From assembly GCA_038042445.1 (NCBI GenBank), contig JBBTED010000050.1, positions 1 through 34,694 of the forward strand: a stretch of DNA of 34,694 nucleotides. The letters are read 5' to 3'. A program made the position numbers and the translations under genes. Origin of the DNA: Candidatus Firestoneibacteriota bacterium. Its GTDB lineage: Bacteria > Oederibacteriota > D2-FULL-39-29 > JBBTED01. The notes under the pieces were generated by a model. The model worked only from the letters and a program-made list of their open reading frames with translations, was not told the origin of the DNA and did no database searches. Of this stretch, positions 9,014 through 18,456 are shown in pieces; the first letter of the stretch is position 1; every line of letters starts with the position of its first letter.

Positions 9014-9730
9014 TTATTCAGCCAACAAAAGATTTAATATTTCTTCATCAGAAGCTCCAGATGAAGCAGAATTACCTTGTGGAGCACCTTGTTGTGAACC
9101 TTGTTGAAGATTTTTTCTTTCACCTTCAAAATTACCCTGAGGACCTTTTTTGTCACCCTCAAAATTACCTTGTGGCTTTTGCTTGTCACCTTCAAATCCT
9201 GGCTTTGGACCTCTCATTTCACCTTCAGGACTACCCATTTTTCCAGAATGCATTCCACCAGACATTCCACGCTCAGATTTATTACCAACCTTTAAAGCCA
9301 TAAGTTTAAATATCTCTTTATATGTCTTTTTTTGATCAGGTGTAAGAATTTTCTGAATATCTATCAAACAGGCAAAATTATTTTTTTGAACACTTGCACT
9401 TATTTCTGCAGCTTTATCAATTTTCTTTGAAATTTCTTTCTGGTCAAGTTCATCTTTAGCAAGTAACGATTGCAATTCCATTTGCGATATTTCCAAATCA
9501 GCAGATAACTGAATGTTTTTCTTGTCTGCCTCTAAAGTTAATTTATCTATTTGCGTTTTCTGATCATCTGTGAGCTGAAGCTTTGTACTTAACATCATTG
9601 ATAAATGGCTAAGTTTACCACCACCTTTTCCACTAGGCATCTCACATACGCCTACAGAACTAAAAACAAGCAAATTCAACAAAGCAATACTTGCTACAAT
9701 ACATTTTTTATACATAATTTTCACCTCCAT
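9014..9730 (-). CDS. Spy/CpxP-family periplasmic chaperone with repetitive C-terminal tail
   Basis: Signal peptide; two LTxxQ motifs (LQLTDDQK, ILTPDQK). Confidence 0.8.
   Translation of the reverse strand: MEVKIMYKKCIVASIALLNLLVFSSVGVCEMPSGKGGGKLSHLSMMLSTKLQLTDDQKTQIDKLTLEADKKNIQLSADLEISQMELQSLLAKDELDQKEISKKIDKAAEISASVQKNNFACLIDIQKILTPDQKKTYKEIFKLMALKVGNKSERGMSGGMHSGKMGSPEGEMRGPKPGFEGDKQKPQGNFEGDKKGPQGNFEGERKNLQQGSQQGAPQGNSASSGASDEEILNLLLAE
9120..9236. repeat. About 3.5 copies of a 33-bp coding tandem repeat
   Basis: Units start TCACC(T/C)TCA at 9120, 9153, 9186 and 9219; encode GPKPGFEGDKQ, KPQGNFEGDKK, GPQGNFEGERK. Confidence 0.85.
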
Positions 9731-9748
9731 AAGAAAATTATTGTTGTT

Positions 9749-9785
9749 AAATCTCCCCTCACCCCTCTTTTCAAAAGAGGGGGAA
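9749..9785. repeat. Palindromic repeat, family C (C-rich tail plus CCCCTCTTT hairpin)
   Basis: AAATCTCCCCTCACCCCTCTTTTCAAAAGAGGGGGAA; related copies at 15767, 17648, 27072, 30041. Confidence 0.8.
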
Positions 9786-9820
9786 AAGTTGAGAACTAAA
9801 GCTTAAAACTCATATGACTA

Positions 9821-9850
9821 TTAGACGAAAGATTTAAATAAAAGTTTACA
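9821..9850 (-). promoter_or_regulatory. ECF-sigma-type promoter upstream of the Spy/CpxP gene
   Basis: Minus strand TGTAAAC-N16-CGTCTAA, matching the AAC-N16-CGTC pattern of SigW/SigM/SigX-like ECF promoters. Confidence 0.65.
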
Positions 9851-9908
9851 GGTAGCCGCAAGCTAAAGCTTGCGGTATTTTTTTCGCAGGCTAAAGTCTG
9901 CGACTACC
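9851..9908. repeat. Inverted doublet of GTAG-type REP sequences (family D)
   Basis: GGTAGCCGCAAGCTAAAGCTTGCGG-N9-CGCAGGCTAAAGTCTGCGACTACC; the second copy overlaps the malic enzyme stop. Confidence 0.85.
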
Positions 9909-11090
9909 TTCTGCCCCATTACGTGCTACGCCACTTTTAACAGCAGCTTTTGCAACTGCTAAAGATACCGCCTTAACTACTCTTTTATCAAATGGCGAAG
10001 GTATTATATAATCATTTCTTATTTTTTTTGCAGGTATTAAATTTGCTATTGCGTATATTGCAGAAATTTTCATTTCTTCATTTATTTCACTAGCACGCAC
10101 ATCAAGAGCCCCACGAAATATTCCCGGAAAACCAAGAACATTATTTACCTGATTTGGATAATCTGAACGGCCTGTAGCAACTATAGCTGCACCTGAGCTT
10201 CTCGCATCATCAGGTGTAATTTCAGGATCAGGATTTGCTAATGCAAAGATTATTGAATCGTTATTCATCTGCTTTACATCTTCCTTTTTTAATACATTTG
10301 CCGCAGAAACACCTATAAAAACATCTGCATTAGTTAAAGCATCTTGTAATTTGCCTTTTATTTTTCTGGGATTTGTATATTTTGATGCTTGCTCTTTTGC
10401 AAAATTCATTCCTTCTTTTCTATCTGCATAAATTATACCATGCGTATCGCATAGAATTATTTCTTTTACTTTAAGTTTATTTGAAATCTTTGCAATTGCT
10501 ATTCCTGCAGCACCAGCACCATTTATTACAATTTTAATTTTTTCTAATTTTTTGCCAACAAATTTAAGTGCATTCAATAATCCTGCAAGTACTACCACTG
10601 CTGTGCCATGTTGATCATCATGAAAAACAGGTATATTCATTTCTTTTTTAAGACGTTCTTCTATATAAAAACATTTTGGACCTGAAATATCTTCCAAATT
10701 TATACCGCCAAACACAGGCTCTAAAAGTTTCACTGTATTAACTATTTCATCTTTATCCTGCGTATTCAAACAAATCGGAAATGCATCAATCCCAGCAAAT
10801 TTCTTAAATAAAATAGCTTTCCCTTCCATTACAGGTAATGCAGCAAAAGGACCAATATTACCAAGCCCAAGAACAGCACTACCGTCACTTACAACAGCCA
10901 CCATATTAGATTTTGAAGTATAGGTATAGATTTTACTTTTATCTTTTGCAATTTCCCTGCAAGGCTCTGCAACACCCGGAGAATATGCCAAACTCAAATC
11001 GCGAGCATTTCTGATTTTAACTTTTGAAAGGACAGAAATTTTTCCTTTGTTTTTTTTATGCAATAATAAAGCTTCTTTATATATATTCAT
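9891..11090 (-). CDS. NAD(P)-dependent malic enzyme (short form, no PTA domain)
   Basis: LSLAYSPGVA, DGSAVLGLGNIG, MEGKA, GINLEDI, FHDDQHGTA, GAGAAG, ATGRSDYPNQVNN. Confidence 0.95.
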   Translation of the reverse strand: MNIYKEALLLHKKNKGKISVLSKVKIRNARDLSLAYSPGVAEPCREIAKDKSKIYTYTSKSNMVAVVSDGSAVLGLGNIGPFAALPVMEGKAILFKKFAGIDAFPICLNTQDKDEIVNTVKLLEPVFGGINLEDISGPKCFYIEERLKKEMNIPVFHDDQHGTAVVVLAGLLNALKFVGKKLEKIKIVINGAGAAGIAIAKISNKLKVKEIILCDTHGIIYADRKEGMNFAKEQASKYTNPRKIKGKLQDALTNADVFIGVSAANVLKKEDVKQMNNDSIIFALANPDPEITPDDARSSGAAIVATGRSDYPNQVNNVLGFPGIFRGALDVRASEINEEMKISAIYAIANLIPAKKIRNDYIIPSPFDKRVVKAVSLAVAKAAVKSGVARNGAEGSRRL

Positions 11091-11650
11091 AGTTTTAAAA
11101 AGTTTTTAAGCAACTGTTTTCCATATTTTGTAAGTATAGATTCAGGATGAAATTGCACACCTTCCAAAGGAAATTTTTTATGCCGTATTCCCATTATTTC
11201 TTTTTCTTTTGTCCATGCAGAAACAACAAAACAATCCGGCAAAGTATTAGGTTTAACAATTAATGAATGATACCGAGTCGCTTCAAATGGATTTTCTATT
11301 CCTTTATAAATTCTTTTACCATCATTATAAATCATTGATGTTTTCCCATGCATTAAACGTGGAGCTCTCACAACTTCTGCACCAAAGCTATACGCAATAC
11401 ACTGATGCCCAAGACAAACACCCAGTATAGGAATTGAGCTGGAAAATTTGGATATTATTTCATTTGAAATACCTGCTTCATTTGGAGTTTTTGGACCAGG
11501 AGAAATAACAATTTTATCCGGTTTAAGGTTGATTACATCATCAATTGTAACTTTATCATTACGGTAAACAACTAATTTTCCACCAAGTTCGCCCAAATAT
11601 TGGACTAAATTATAAGTAAATGAATCATAATTATCTATCATTAATATCAT
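11087..11650 (-). CDS. trpG: Anthranilate synthase component II (glutamine amidotransferase)
   Basis: IDNYDSFTYNL, SPGP, GVCLGHQ, RYHSL, GVQFHPES; 4-nt overlap with trpE. Confidence 0.92.
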   Translation of the reverse strand: MILMIDNYDSFTYNLVQYLGELGGKLVVYRNDKVTIDDVINLKPDKIVISPGPKTPNEAGISNEIISKFSSSIPILGVCLGHQCIAYSFGAEVVRAPRLMHGKTSMIYNDGKRIYKGIENPFEATRYHSLIVKPNTLPDCFVVSAWTKEKEIMGIRHKKFPLEGVQFHPESILTKYGKQLLKNFLKL

Positions 11651-13122
11651 ATCAAACCTCTCTCCGCCATTTCAATAGCACGTATTAACCCTTTTGCTTT
11701 GTTTAATGTTTCCTCATATTCTTTAGATGGCACAGAATCTGCAACTATACCTGCACCAGCCTGCACGTAAGCAATTTTACCTGAAACAACTATTGTTCTT
11801 ATTGTAATACAGGTATCTAAATTCCCTGAAAAACTAAAATATCCAATAGCTCCCGCATAAGGACCTCTTTTAGTTGGCTCAAGTTCGTCTATTATTTCCA
11901 TTGCACGTATTTTAGGAGCACCTGAAACTGTTCCAGCAGGAAAACAAGCTCTTAATACATCAAACTGATTTTTTCCTTTTTTGAGAACTCCCTGCACATT
12001 AGAACTTATATGCATTACATGAGAATACCTTTCCACAGACATAAACTCATCTACAACTACAGTTCCATATTTACAAACCCTGCCCAAATCATTTCTTGCA
12101 AGGTCAACCAACATTATATGTTCAGCTTTTTCTTTTGGATCTGCCAAAAGTTCTTTTTCTAATTTTTTATCCTGCTTTTCATTTATACCTCTTGGCCTTG
12201 TGCCTGCAATTGGCCTTGAAATTACAGTTTTATCTTCAACTTTTACCAAGATTTCAGGAGAAGACCCTATAAGTTTAATATCACCAAATTTTAAATAAAA
12301 CATATATGGTGATGGATTAACAATACGCAATGCCCTATATATATCAAATGGATCAGCTTCAATTTTAACCTGCCACCTCTGTGAAGGAACCATTTGAATT
12401 ATATCACCTGCTTTTATATATTCTTTTGCACATGAAACTATTCCTTCAAAATCTTTTTTCTTAAAGTTAGACTTCATTTTAAAATTATGGAATTTCTTTT
12501 TGTTCAAAGTTTTTCTAATCACTTGTTTGTTCAATTTTTGAACTATGTTTTCTATTTTTTTAATTGCCGTTTTATATGCTTTGGCAGAATTATTGTCAAC
12601 ATAAGCATTTGATACAATTTTAATTGTATGCTTTAAATGATCAAATATTAAAATTGTATCAGTAACACCGAATATTAAATCCGGCAAATTCAAATCGTCT
12701 GGATTTTTATCCGGCAAATTTTCAAAAAACCGCACTGTATCATAATTTATATATCCAACAGCACCTCCAACAAATGGAGGCAAACCTTCAATTAAAACAG
12801 GTTTATACTTTTTCATAATATCAGAAAGTAATTCCAGAGGGTCTTTCTCAAAAGCCAATTTTTTGCATTTTCCAGCACTGTATAAAACCGCATCTCTATC
12901 CTTTGTCTTTAAAAGTACAGATGGTGAGGTGCCAAGAAAAGAAAATCTTCCTACTCTTTCTCCACCTTCCACACTTTCCAACAAAAAAGCATTATCGTCA
13001 TTATTAAGCTTTAAGAATGCAGAAACAGGAGTTTCTGTATCTGCAAGCATTTCTCTATATACAGGAATTAAATTTCCCAATTTCGCCTTGTTTTTAAATT
13101 CTTCGTAAGTCGGCTTATACAC
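11647..13122 (-). CDS. trpE: Anthranilate synthase component I
   Basis: [54 protein letters not shown]. Confidence 0.95.
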   Translation of the reverse strand: MYKPTYEEFKNKAKLGNLIPVYREMLADTETPVSAFLKLNNDDNAFLLESVEGGERVGRFSFLGTSPSVLLKTKDRDAVLYSAGKCKKLAFEKDPLELLSDIMKKYKPVLIEGLPPFVGGAVGYINYDTVRFFENLPDKNPDDLNLPDLIFGVTDTILIFDHLKHTIKIVSNAYVDNNSAKAYKTAIKKIENIVQKLNKQVIRKTLNKKKFHNFKMKSNFKKKDFEGIVSCAKEYIKAGDIIQMVPSQRWQVKIEADPFDIYRALRIVNPSPYMFYLKFGDIKLIGSSPEILVKVEDKTVISRPIAGTRPRGINEKQDKKLEKELLADPKEKAEHIMLVDLARNDLGRVCKYGTVVVDEFMSVERYSHVMHISSNVQGVLKKGKNQFDVLRACFPAGTVSGAPKIRAMEIIDELEPTKRGPYAGAIGYFSFSGNLDTCITIRTIVVSGKIAYVQAGAGIVADSVPSKEYEETLNKAKGLIRAIEMAERGLI

Positions 13123-13543
13123 CGTAAACCTCTTTCGGATTAAACATTTTTTTGCCTGTGATTTTAACGAATTTACTGTGATTTTTTTGCACTGGACTAA
13201 AAAGTTTTGAAATATTTTTAGCTGTCACCTTAGAAATATGAAATTTTCTATAAAAACAAGATCTGTAACCTGTATGACAAGCAGCTTTATTTGTAAATTT
13301 TACTTTAATAAGAATAACGTCTGCATCGCAATCAGTATAAATTTCTCTAACCAGTAAAATATTGCCGGATGTTTCACCTTTTTGCCAAAGTTTTTTTCTG
13401 CTTCTACTATAAAAGTATACTTTGCCTGTATTTATTGTTTTAATTATTGCTTCTTTATTCATATATGCAAGCATTAAAACATCAGAATTATTTATATCCT
13501 GTATTATTGCCGGTATTAAACCATCTTTATCAAATTTAAACAT
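13115..13543 (-). CDS. hisI: Phosphoribosyl-AMP cyclohydrolase
   Basis: [46 protein letters not shown]. Confidence 0.94.
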   Translation of the reverse strand: MFKFDKDGLIPAIIQDINNSDVLMLAYMNKEAIIKTINTGKVYFYSRSRKKLWQKGETSGNILLVREIYTDCDADVILIKVKFTNKAACHTGYRSCFYRKFHISKVTAKNISKLFSPVQKNHSKFVKITGKKMFNPKEVYGV

Positions 13544-13562
13544 TTGTTACTTCTCCGCAAAT

Positions 13563-13620
13563 GTCATCCTGAACTCGTTTCAGGATCTAAAAGAGATGCT
13601 GAAATAAATTCAGCATGACA
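13563..13620. repeat. 58-bp double-hairpin element, family B, providing the galK stop codon
   Basis: GTCATCCTGAACTCGTTTCAGGATCTAAAAGAGATGCTGAAATAAATTCAGCATGACA; 56/58 identical to 28860-28917. Confidence 0.92.
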
Positions 13621-14785
13621 AATCTGTTATTTCTCCTGCACCATCTTCAGCAGTACAAACATATATCTCAGGTTCAATATTAAATGTATTGTAATATCCT
13701 TGAGTGACTATCTTTTGAAAATCTTCTATAGCATTTGATTTAACTACGCTTATAGTGCACCCTCCAAAACCTCCACCAGTCATCCTGGAACCAAAAGTTC
13801 CTTGTATACCTTGCGCAAGTTGGACAAGTTTATTTAGCTCAGGACAACTTATTTCATAAAGATTAGCCATACTTTCATGAGATGCATTTAATAACTTTCC
13901 AAATTCTTCCAAATCATTTTTTTCTAAAGCATTAATTGCAGATATTACTCTTTCATCTTCATAAATTACATGCTCACATCTTTTTTTTATAACTGTTGGA
14001 ATATTATCTTTGTATTTTTCGAAATCAGCTTTTGTAACATCACGCAATAGCGTTATTCCCGGTAAAAACTTCTCAAGTATACGGACTCCAGTTTCACACT
14101 CCTGCCTGCGTTGATTATACGAAGAATCTCCAAGCGCTCTTCTTTTTTTTGTATCGCAAATTATGATCTTCGCATCTGCCAAATTTAAAGGTATATGTTT
14201 ATAATCTAAAGTTTTGCAATCTATAAATAATGCATTATTCTTTTTGCCTAATCCTGATATAAATTGGTCCATTATACCACAATTAACACCAACAAATTTG
14301 TTTTCTGCACGTTGACAAAGCTTTATAACATTTATCATATTTATATCTAATTTATTTAGTAATTTTGCTGTTATGCAAAATACTATTTCCAAAGCAGCAG
14401 ATGAACTAAGTCCTGAACCTACAGGCACATCACCGGCAAAACATGCTTCAAAACCAGATAATTTAAATCCTTCTTCTTGCAGAAAATGCAAAACACCTGC
14501 AGGATAATTACTCCATTTTTTTTCAGAATTATATTTTAAAGCATCAAGTGTCCACTCCGCTTTCTGATTAAAATCCATTGAATACAAAACACATTTGTTA
14601 TCAGACCGATTTCTTGCTACTACAACTACTTCTCTGTCAATAGCAGCAGGCAAAACAAAACCACCATTATAATCTGTATGTTCCCCAATAAGATTTACTC
14701 TTCCTGGTGCTTTAAAAATTCTAGTTTCATTAAGTGAACCAAAATTTTCCTTAAATTTTTCTTGGACAATCCCTATATTTACCAT
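13610..14785 (-). CDS. galK: Galactokinase
   Basis: APGRVNLIGEHTDYNGG, PVGSGLSSSAA, CGIMDQ, GSRMTGGGFGGC. Confidence 0.97.
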   Translation of the reverse strand: MVNIGIVQEKFKENFGSLNETRIFKAPGRVNLIGEHTDYNGGFVLPAAIDREVVVVARNRSDNKCVLYSMDFNQKAEWTLDALKYNSEKKWSNYPAGVLHFLQEEGFKLSGFEACFAGDVPVGSGLSSSAALEIVFCITAKLLNKLDINMINVIKLCQRAENKFVGVNCGIMDQFISGLGKKNNALFIDCKTLDYKHIPLNLADAKIIICDTKKRRALGDSSYNQRRQECETGVRILEKFLPGITLLRDVTKADFEKYKDNIPTVIKKRCEHVIYEDERVISAINALEKNDLEEFGKLLNASHESMANLYEISCPELNKLVQLAQGIQGTFGSRMTGGGFGGCTISVVKSNAIEDFQKIVTQGYYNTFNIEPEIYVCTAEDGAGEITDLSC

Positions 14786-15750
14786 TTTATTTTCCGTAAT
14801 TCTTTAGCTTTTTCTTCTGCCATTGTATCATTTATGAATGTTCCTGCACCTGATTCACAACCTGCAAGAAACTTTATTTTATTTTTTGTCCTATATGGAG
14901 GATAAAACTCTATGTGCCAGTGATAATTATTGTATTTTTTGCCATCTGTTGGCTTTTGATGCATTACCATTATATATGGAAAAGACATTTCAAAAAGATT
15001 ATCATATTTTTTCATTATCACTTTTAAAATTTTTGCCAGATTCAAACATTCTTTTTCTGTAAAATCTGAAATAGCCTGAATATGGCGATTAGCATAAATA
15101 TGAACTTCATAAGGATACCTTGCAAAAAATGGTATAAATGCCGTAAAAGATTTATTTGTATAAACTATTCGTTTCTTAAATTTAATTTCCTTATCTAAAA
15201 TATCGCAGAATAAACATTTTTTCAGCTTATTCATATATTTTTGACTTGATAGTAATTCTTTTTGTATTTTTGGAGGAATATAAGAAAACGAATATATCTG
15301 ACCATGAGGATGATGCAATGTTACTCCAATTACTTCGCCTTTATTTTCAAATATGAAAACATATTTTATGAACTTGTGACTGCCTAATTCCTCATATCTA
15401 TCTTTCCACACATATACTAATTTATGAATTTGTTCTACTGACTGATCAGCCAAAGTAGTATTGTGTTCAGGGGTATAAACAATAACTTCACAAATACCTC
15501 TTGATTTTTTTACCTTGTATAATTCATCACCTAAAATTGCAGGAACAGACGCATTTCTATTAAATGATGGAAATTTATTTTCAAAAACAACTATGTCATA
15601 ATTCTCAGAAGGAATTTCTGTTTCAAATTTCCCTTTTTTAGTTGGACAAATCGGACAAAAATCCGGTGGCGGGAAAAACGTCCTATCCTGTCTATGTGTA
15701 GCAGTTACAACCCATTCTTCTAAAACCGGATTCCACCTTAATTCAGACAT
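14779..15750 (-). CDS. galT: Galactose-1-phosphate uridylyltransferase
   Basis: ELRWNP...HRQDRT, CPICP, FENKFP, FENKG...HHPHGQI (HPHxQ active site), HWHIEF; RBS AAGGAG. Confidence 0.95.
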   Translation of the reverse strand: MSELRWNPVLEEWVVTATHRQDRTFFPPPDFCPICPTKKGKFETEIPSENYDIVVFENKFPSFNRNASVPAILGDELYKVKKSRGICEVIVYTPEHNTTLADQSVEQIHKLVYVWKDRYEELGSHKFIKYVFIFENKGEVIGVTLHHPHGQIYSFSYIPPKIQKELLSSQKYMNKLKKCLFCDILDKEIKFKKRIVYTNKSFTAFIPFFARYPYEVHIYANRHIQAISDFTEKECLNLAKILKVIMKKYDNLFEMSFPYIMVMHQKPTDGKKYNNYHWHIEFYPPYRTKNKIKFLAGCESGAGTFINDTMAEEKAKELRKIKW

Positions 15751-15892
15751 TACTTTTTCTCCTTCTAACTCCCCTTTGATTCCCCTCTTTAGTAAAGAGG
15801 GGAACTTTGTTTTTTTTTACAGATTTATCCTCTTCGTAATAAACCAAATATCTGCCATCTGCTTTTATAATTTTTGTCTTTTTGATTTTCAT
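15743..15892 (-). CDS. Unannotated 49-aa ORF resembling the N-terminus of long-form GalT
   Basis: MKIKKTKIIKADGRYLVYYEEDKSVKKNKVPLFTKEGNQRGVRRRKSNV*; RBS AAGGGA; stop overlaps the galT start. Confidence 0.7.
   Translation of the reverse strand: MKIKKTKIIKADGRYLVYYEEDKSVKKNKVPLFTKEGNQRGVRRRKSNV
15767..15804. repeat. Palindromic repeat, family C, inside the small ORF upstream of galT
   Basis: AACTCCCCTTTGATTCCCCTCTTTAGTAAAGAGGGGAA. Confidence 0.8.
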
Positions 15893-15938
15893 ATGATTCT
15901 TTCCCTTATGGTTGATATTTTTTCCACCAGACCATAAT

Positions 15939-16976
15939 TTATGGTTTTACTATAACCTTGAGTGATTCACCTTTTTCTACAAAATTTATTCCTTCTAAAA
16001 GTCTCTCTAAATTTATCCGATGTGTTATATATTTTTTTACAGAAATTTTTCCGCTTGCAATAAGCCCAATTGCTATTTCATTATGTTTTGGTGATGAACC
16101 ATGTGTTCCAACTACGGAAAATTCTTTGTAGTGCAATAAATTACTATCAAAATTTATTACTGACTTGTCTTTCGGCAAACCTCCAAAGAAATTAACATTT
16201 CCTCTTTTGGCAACTATTTGCAACGCCTGCTCCTGAGCTTTTCCTGAAGCACACGCAGTTATCACAACATCCGCACCTCTGCCATTTGTCTCTGATAAAA
16301 CTCTTTTAATAACATCTTCTTTTGACGAATTGATAAAAATATCAGCGTTTGAAATTTTAGCCATTTCAAGTCTTAAATCTGACATTTCAGTAATAATTAC
16401 TTTAGAAGCACCTTTGGCTTTCGCAAGGTCAACGTGAATACAACCAAGTGGCCCGGAACCTATTATTACTACAGTATCTCCAGATTTTACTCCTGAAAGT
16501 TCCTGACCATTTATAGCACAAGCAAGTGGCTCTGCTAAACTTGCTTCTTCATAAGAAATATTGTCTGGCAATTTGTTTGCACATCCATTTTTGATTGCAA
16601 TTGCAGGAACTTCCATATACTCTGCAAAACCACCATCATAATGGAAACCTATTGCAGTTAAATTATCACACATACCCTGAAAACCACGCTGGCAATAATA
16701 ACACTCACCACAAGGAACTGCAGGGGCTACTGCAATTCTATCTCCTTTTTTAAAAATTTTTACATCTTTCCCTATTTCAATAATTGTCCCCGCAACTTCA
16801 TGACCTGTAACTCGCGGCAAAACCATCAATCTATGACCATAGTGATAAACCTTTATATCAGTTCCACATATAGCGCAAGCTTCTACTTTCATTACAAAAG
16901 TATCAGTCTTAACAATTGGAACAGGTATATCCTTATATACTATTTTACCTATTTCCTCCAAAACACATGCTTTCAT
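15939..16976 (-). CDS. Zinc-dependent polyol/sugar dehydrogenase (MDR, sorbitol/iditol DH-like)
   Basis: AICGTD, GHEVAG, CGECYYC...C, LAEPLAC, GSGPLG. Confidence 0.9.
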   Translation of the reverse strand: MKACVLEEIGKIVYKDIPVPIVKTDTFVMKVEACAICGTDIKVYHYGHRLMVLPRVTGHEVAGTIIEIGKDVKIFKKGDRIAVAPAVPCGECYYCQRGFQGMCDNLTAIGFHYDGGFAEYMEVPAIAIKNGCANKLPDNISYEEASLAEPLACAINGQELSGVKSGDTVVIIGSGPLGCIHVDLAKAKGASKVIITEMSDLRLEMAKISNADIFINSSKEDVIKRVLSETNGRGADVVITACASGKAQEQALQIVAKRGNVNFFGGLPKDKSVINFDSNLLHYKEFSVVGTHGSSPKHNEIAIGLIASGKISVKKYITHRINLERLLEGINFVEKGESLKVIVKP

Positions 16977-16982
16977 AATTTT

Positions 16983-17630
16983 TTATTTTTTAGGAACTTT
17001 AGCCCAATCTTCCAAAAATTTCTTGATACCTGCATCTGTCAATGGATGTTTTACCATACTCTCTATTACACTTGGCGGAATAGTTGCTACATGTGCACCA
17101 GCAAGTGCAGCATCAATAACATGTTGTAGATTTCGGACACTTGCTACTATCACTTGTGTTTTAAATCCATAATTATTATAAATAACAACTATATCCCTTA
17201 TTAAATCCATACCAATATTTGAAATATCATCCAATCTTCCAACAAACGGACTAACATAAGTTGCTCCAGCTTTAGCTGCAAGTAATGCCTGAGTAGCTGA
17301 AAATATCAACGTAACATTGGTTTTTATTCCCTCAGATGATAATACTTTAACTGCTTTCAAACCTTCTTTTAACATAGGAATTTTTATAACTATATTTTTG
17401 TGTATCTTGATAAGCTCATGTGCTTCCTTTATCATTCCTTCTGCTTGCAAACTTATAACTTCTGCATTTATAGGGCCATCTACTATAGATGCTATTTCCT
17501 TTATTGTTTCAACAAAATCTCTTCCCTCTTTTGCAATAAGTGAAGGATTAGTTGTAACTCCATCCACTATGCCAAGACTATTTGCCTCTTTTATGTCTTT
17601 TACATTAGCAGTATCTATAAATATCTTCAT
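16983..17630 (-). CDS. tal: Transaldolase (short FSA/Tal family)
   Basis: [26 protein letters not shown]; Glu in NAEV and Phe in SPFVGR favour transaldolase over FSA. Confidence 0.9.
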   Translation of the reverse strand: MKIFIDTANVKDIKEANSLGIVDGVTTNPSLIAKEGRDFVETIKEIASIVDGPINAEVISLQAEGMIKEAHELIKIHKNIVIKIPMLKEGLKAVKVLSSEGIKTNVTLIFSATQALLAAKAGATYVSPFVGRLDDISNIGMDLIRDIVVIYNNYGFKTQVIVASVRNLQHVIDAALAGAHVATIPPSVIESMVKHPLTDAGIKKFLEDWAKVPKK

Positions 17631-17647
17631 TTCTTTCCCCCTTTTAT

Positions 17648-17682
17648 AACCCTCTCTATCTCCCCCTTATCAGGGGGAGGAA
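17648..17682. repeat. Palindromic repeat, family C, just upstream of the tal RBS
   Basis: Minus strand TTCCTCCCCCTGATAAGGGGGAGATAGAGAGGGTT versus TTCCCTCCCTGATAAGGGAGGGTTAGGGTGGGTT at 27072. Confidence 0.85.
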
Positions 17683-17730
17683 GGATTTATTATATAATAA
17701 AACTACTGTAATTTCATAGAATAAATTTTC

Positions 17731-18456
17731 CTACTTCATTACAACTTCTTCAGAAAACGCACTTTCATTTAAAAGTTCTGAAACTGTTAAAAATTGATAG
17801 CCCTGTGATTTTAATGTTTTAAGAATATCAGGAAGCGCAGTAATTGTTGCCTCAACTCCAGAATGCATCAATATTATATCTCCATTATATGCATAATCCA
17901 AAACATTGTGTTTCACTTCTTCAGCAGAATTTGAACCGAAATCTCTTGAAAAAACTGACCACATAGTAATAAGATAACCTTTTTTCAAAACAATTTTTTC
18001 TACATTTGAATCTATTCTTCCTGAAGGAGGCCTGAATAAATGAACAGTTTTGCCTGTAACTTTTCGTATAGCTTCACTTGTATTTTCAAGTTCTAAAACT
18101 ATCTGATCCGAATCAAGTGATGTAAGTATTGCATGAGAATAAGTATGATTGCCAATCTCATTCCCAGCAGTATATTCAGACATCACAAGTTCCGGATGTA
18201 ATTCAACCATTTTACCAACCACAAAAAAAGTGGCTTTAGCATTATATTTTGCAAGTATATCTAAAATCCTTGGCGTATACGCAAGATGTGGACCATCATC
18301 AAAAGTTAAAGCAACTGCTTTTACAAATCTACTACCACATAGAACCTTAGAATCTGGAGATTTTACACGCGCAAACTGATTATCAGAAAGCCCGGTTACC
18401 ATTAATAAAGTAACCACCAAAATTGCTATAAATATACTATTCGTCCGCATTATCAT
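17731..18456 (-). CDS. Polysaccharide deacetylase (CE4/NodB), exported
   Basis: ALTFDDGP, ATFFVVG, IGNHTYSH, FRPPSG, IILMH; N-terminal signal/anchor. Confidence 0.93.
   Translation of the reverse strand: MIMRTNSIFIAILVVTLLMVTGLSDNQFARVKSPDSKVLCGSRFVKAVALTFDDGPHLAYTPRILDILAKYNAKATFFVVGKMVELHPELVMSEYTAGNEIGNHTYSHAILTSLDSDQIVLELENTSEAIRKVTGKTVHLFRPPSGRIDSNVEKIVLKKGYLITMWSVFSRDFGSNSAEEVKHNVLDYAYNGDIILMHSGVEATITALPDILKTLKSQGYQFLTVSELLNESAFSEEVVMK

Noticed and set aside
9120..9236. 33-bp periodic repeats as a possible CRISPR array
   Set aside because: Contiguous in-frame coding repeats with no unique spacers and no cas genes.
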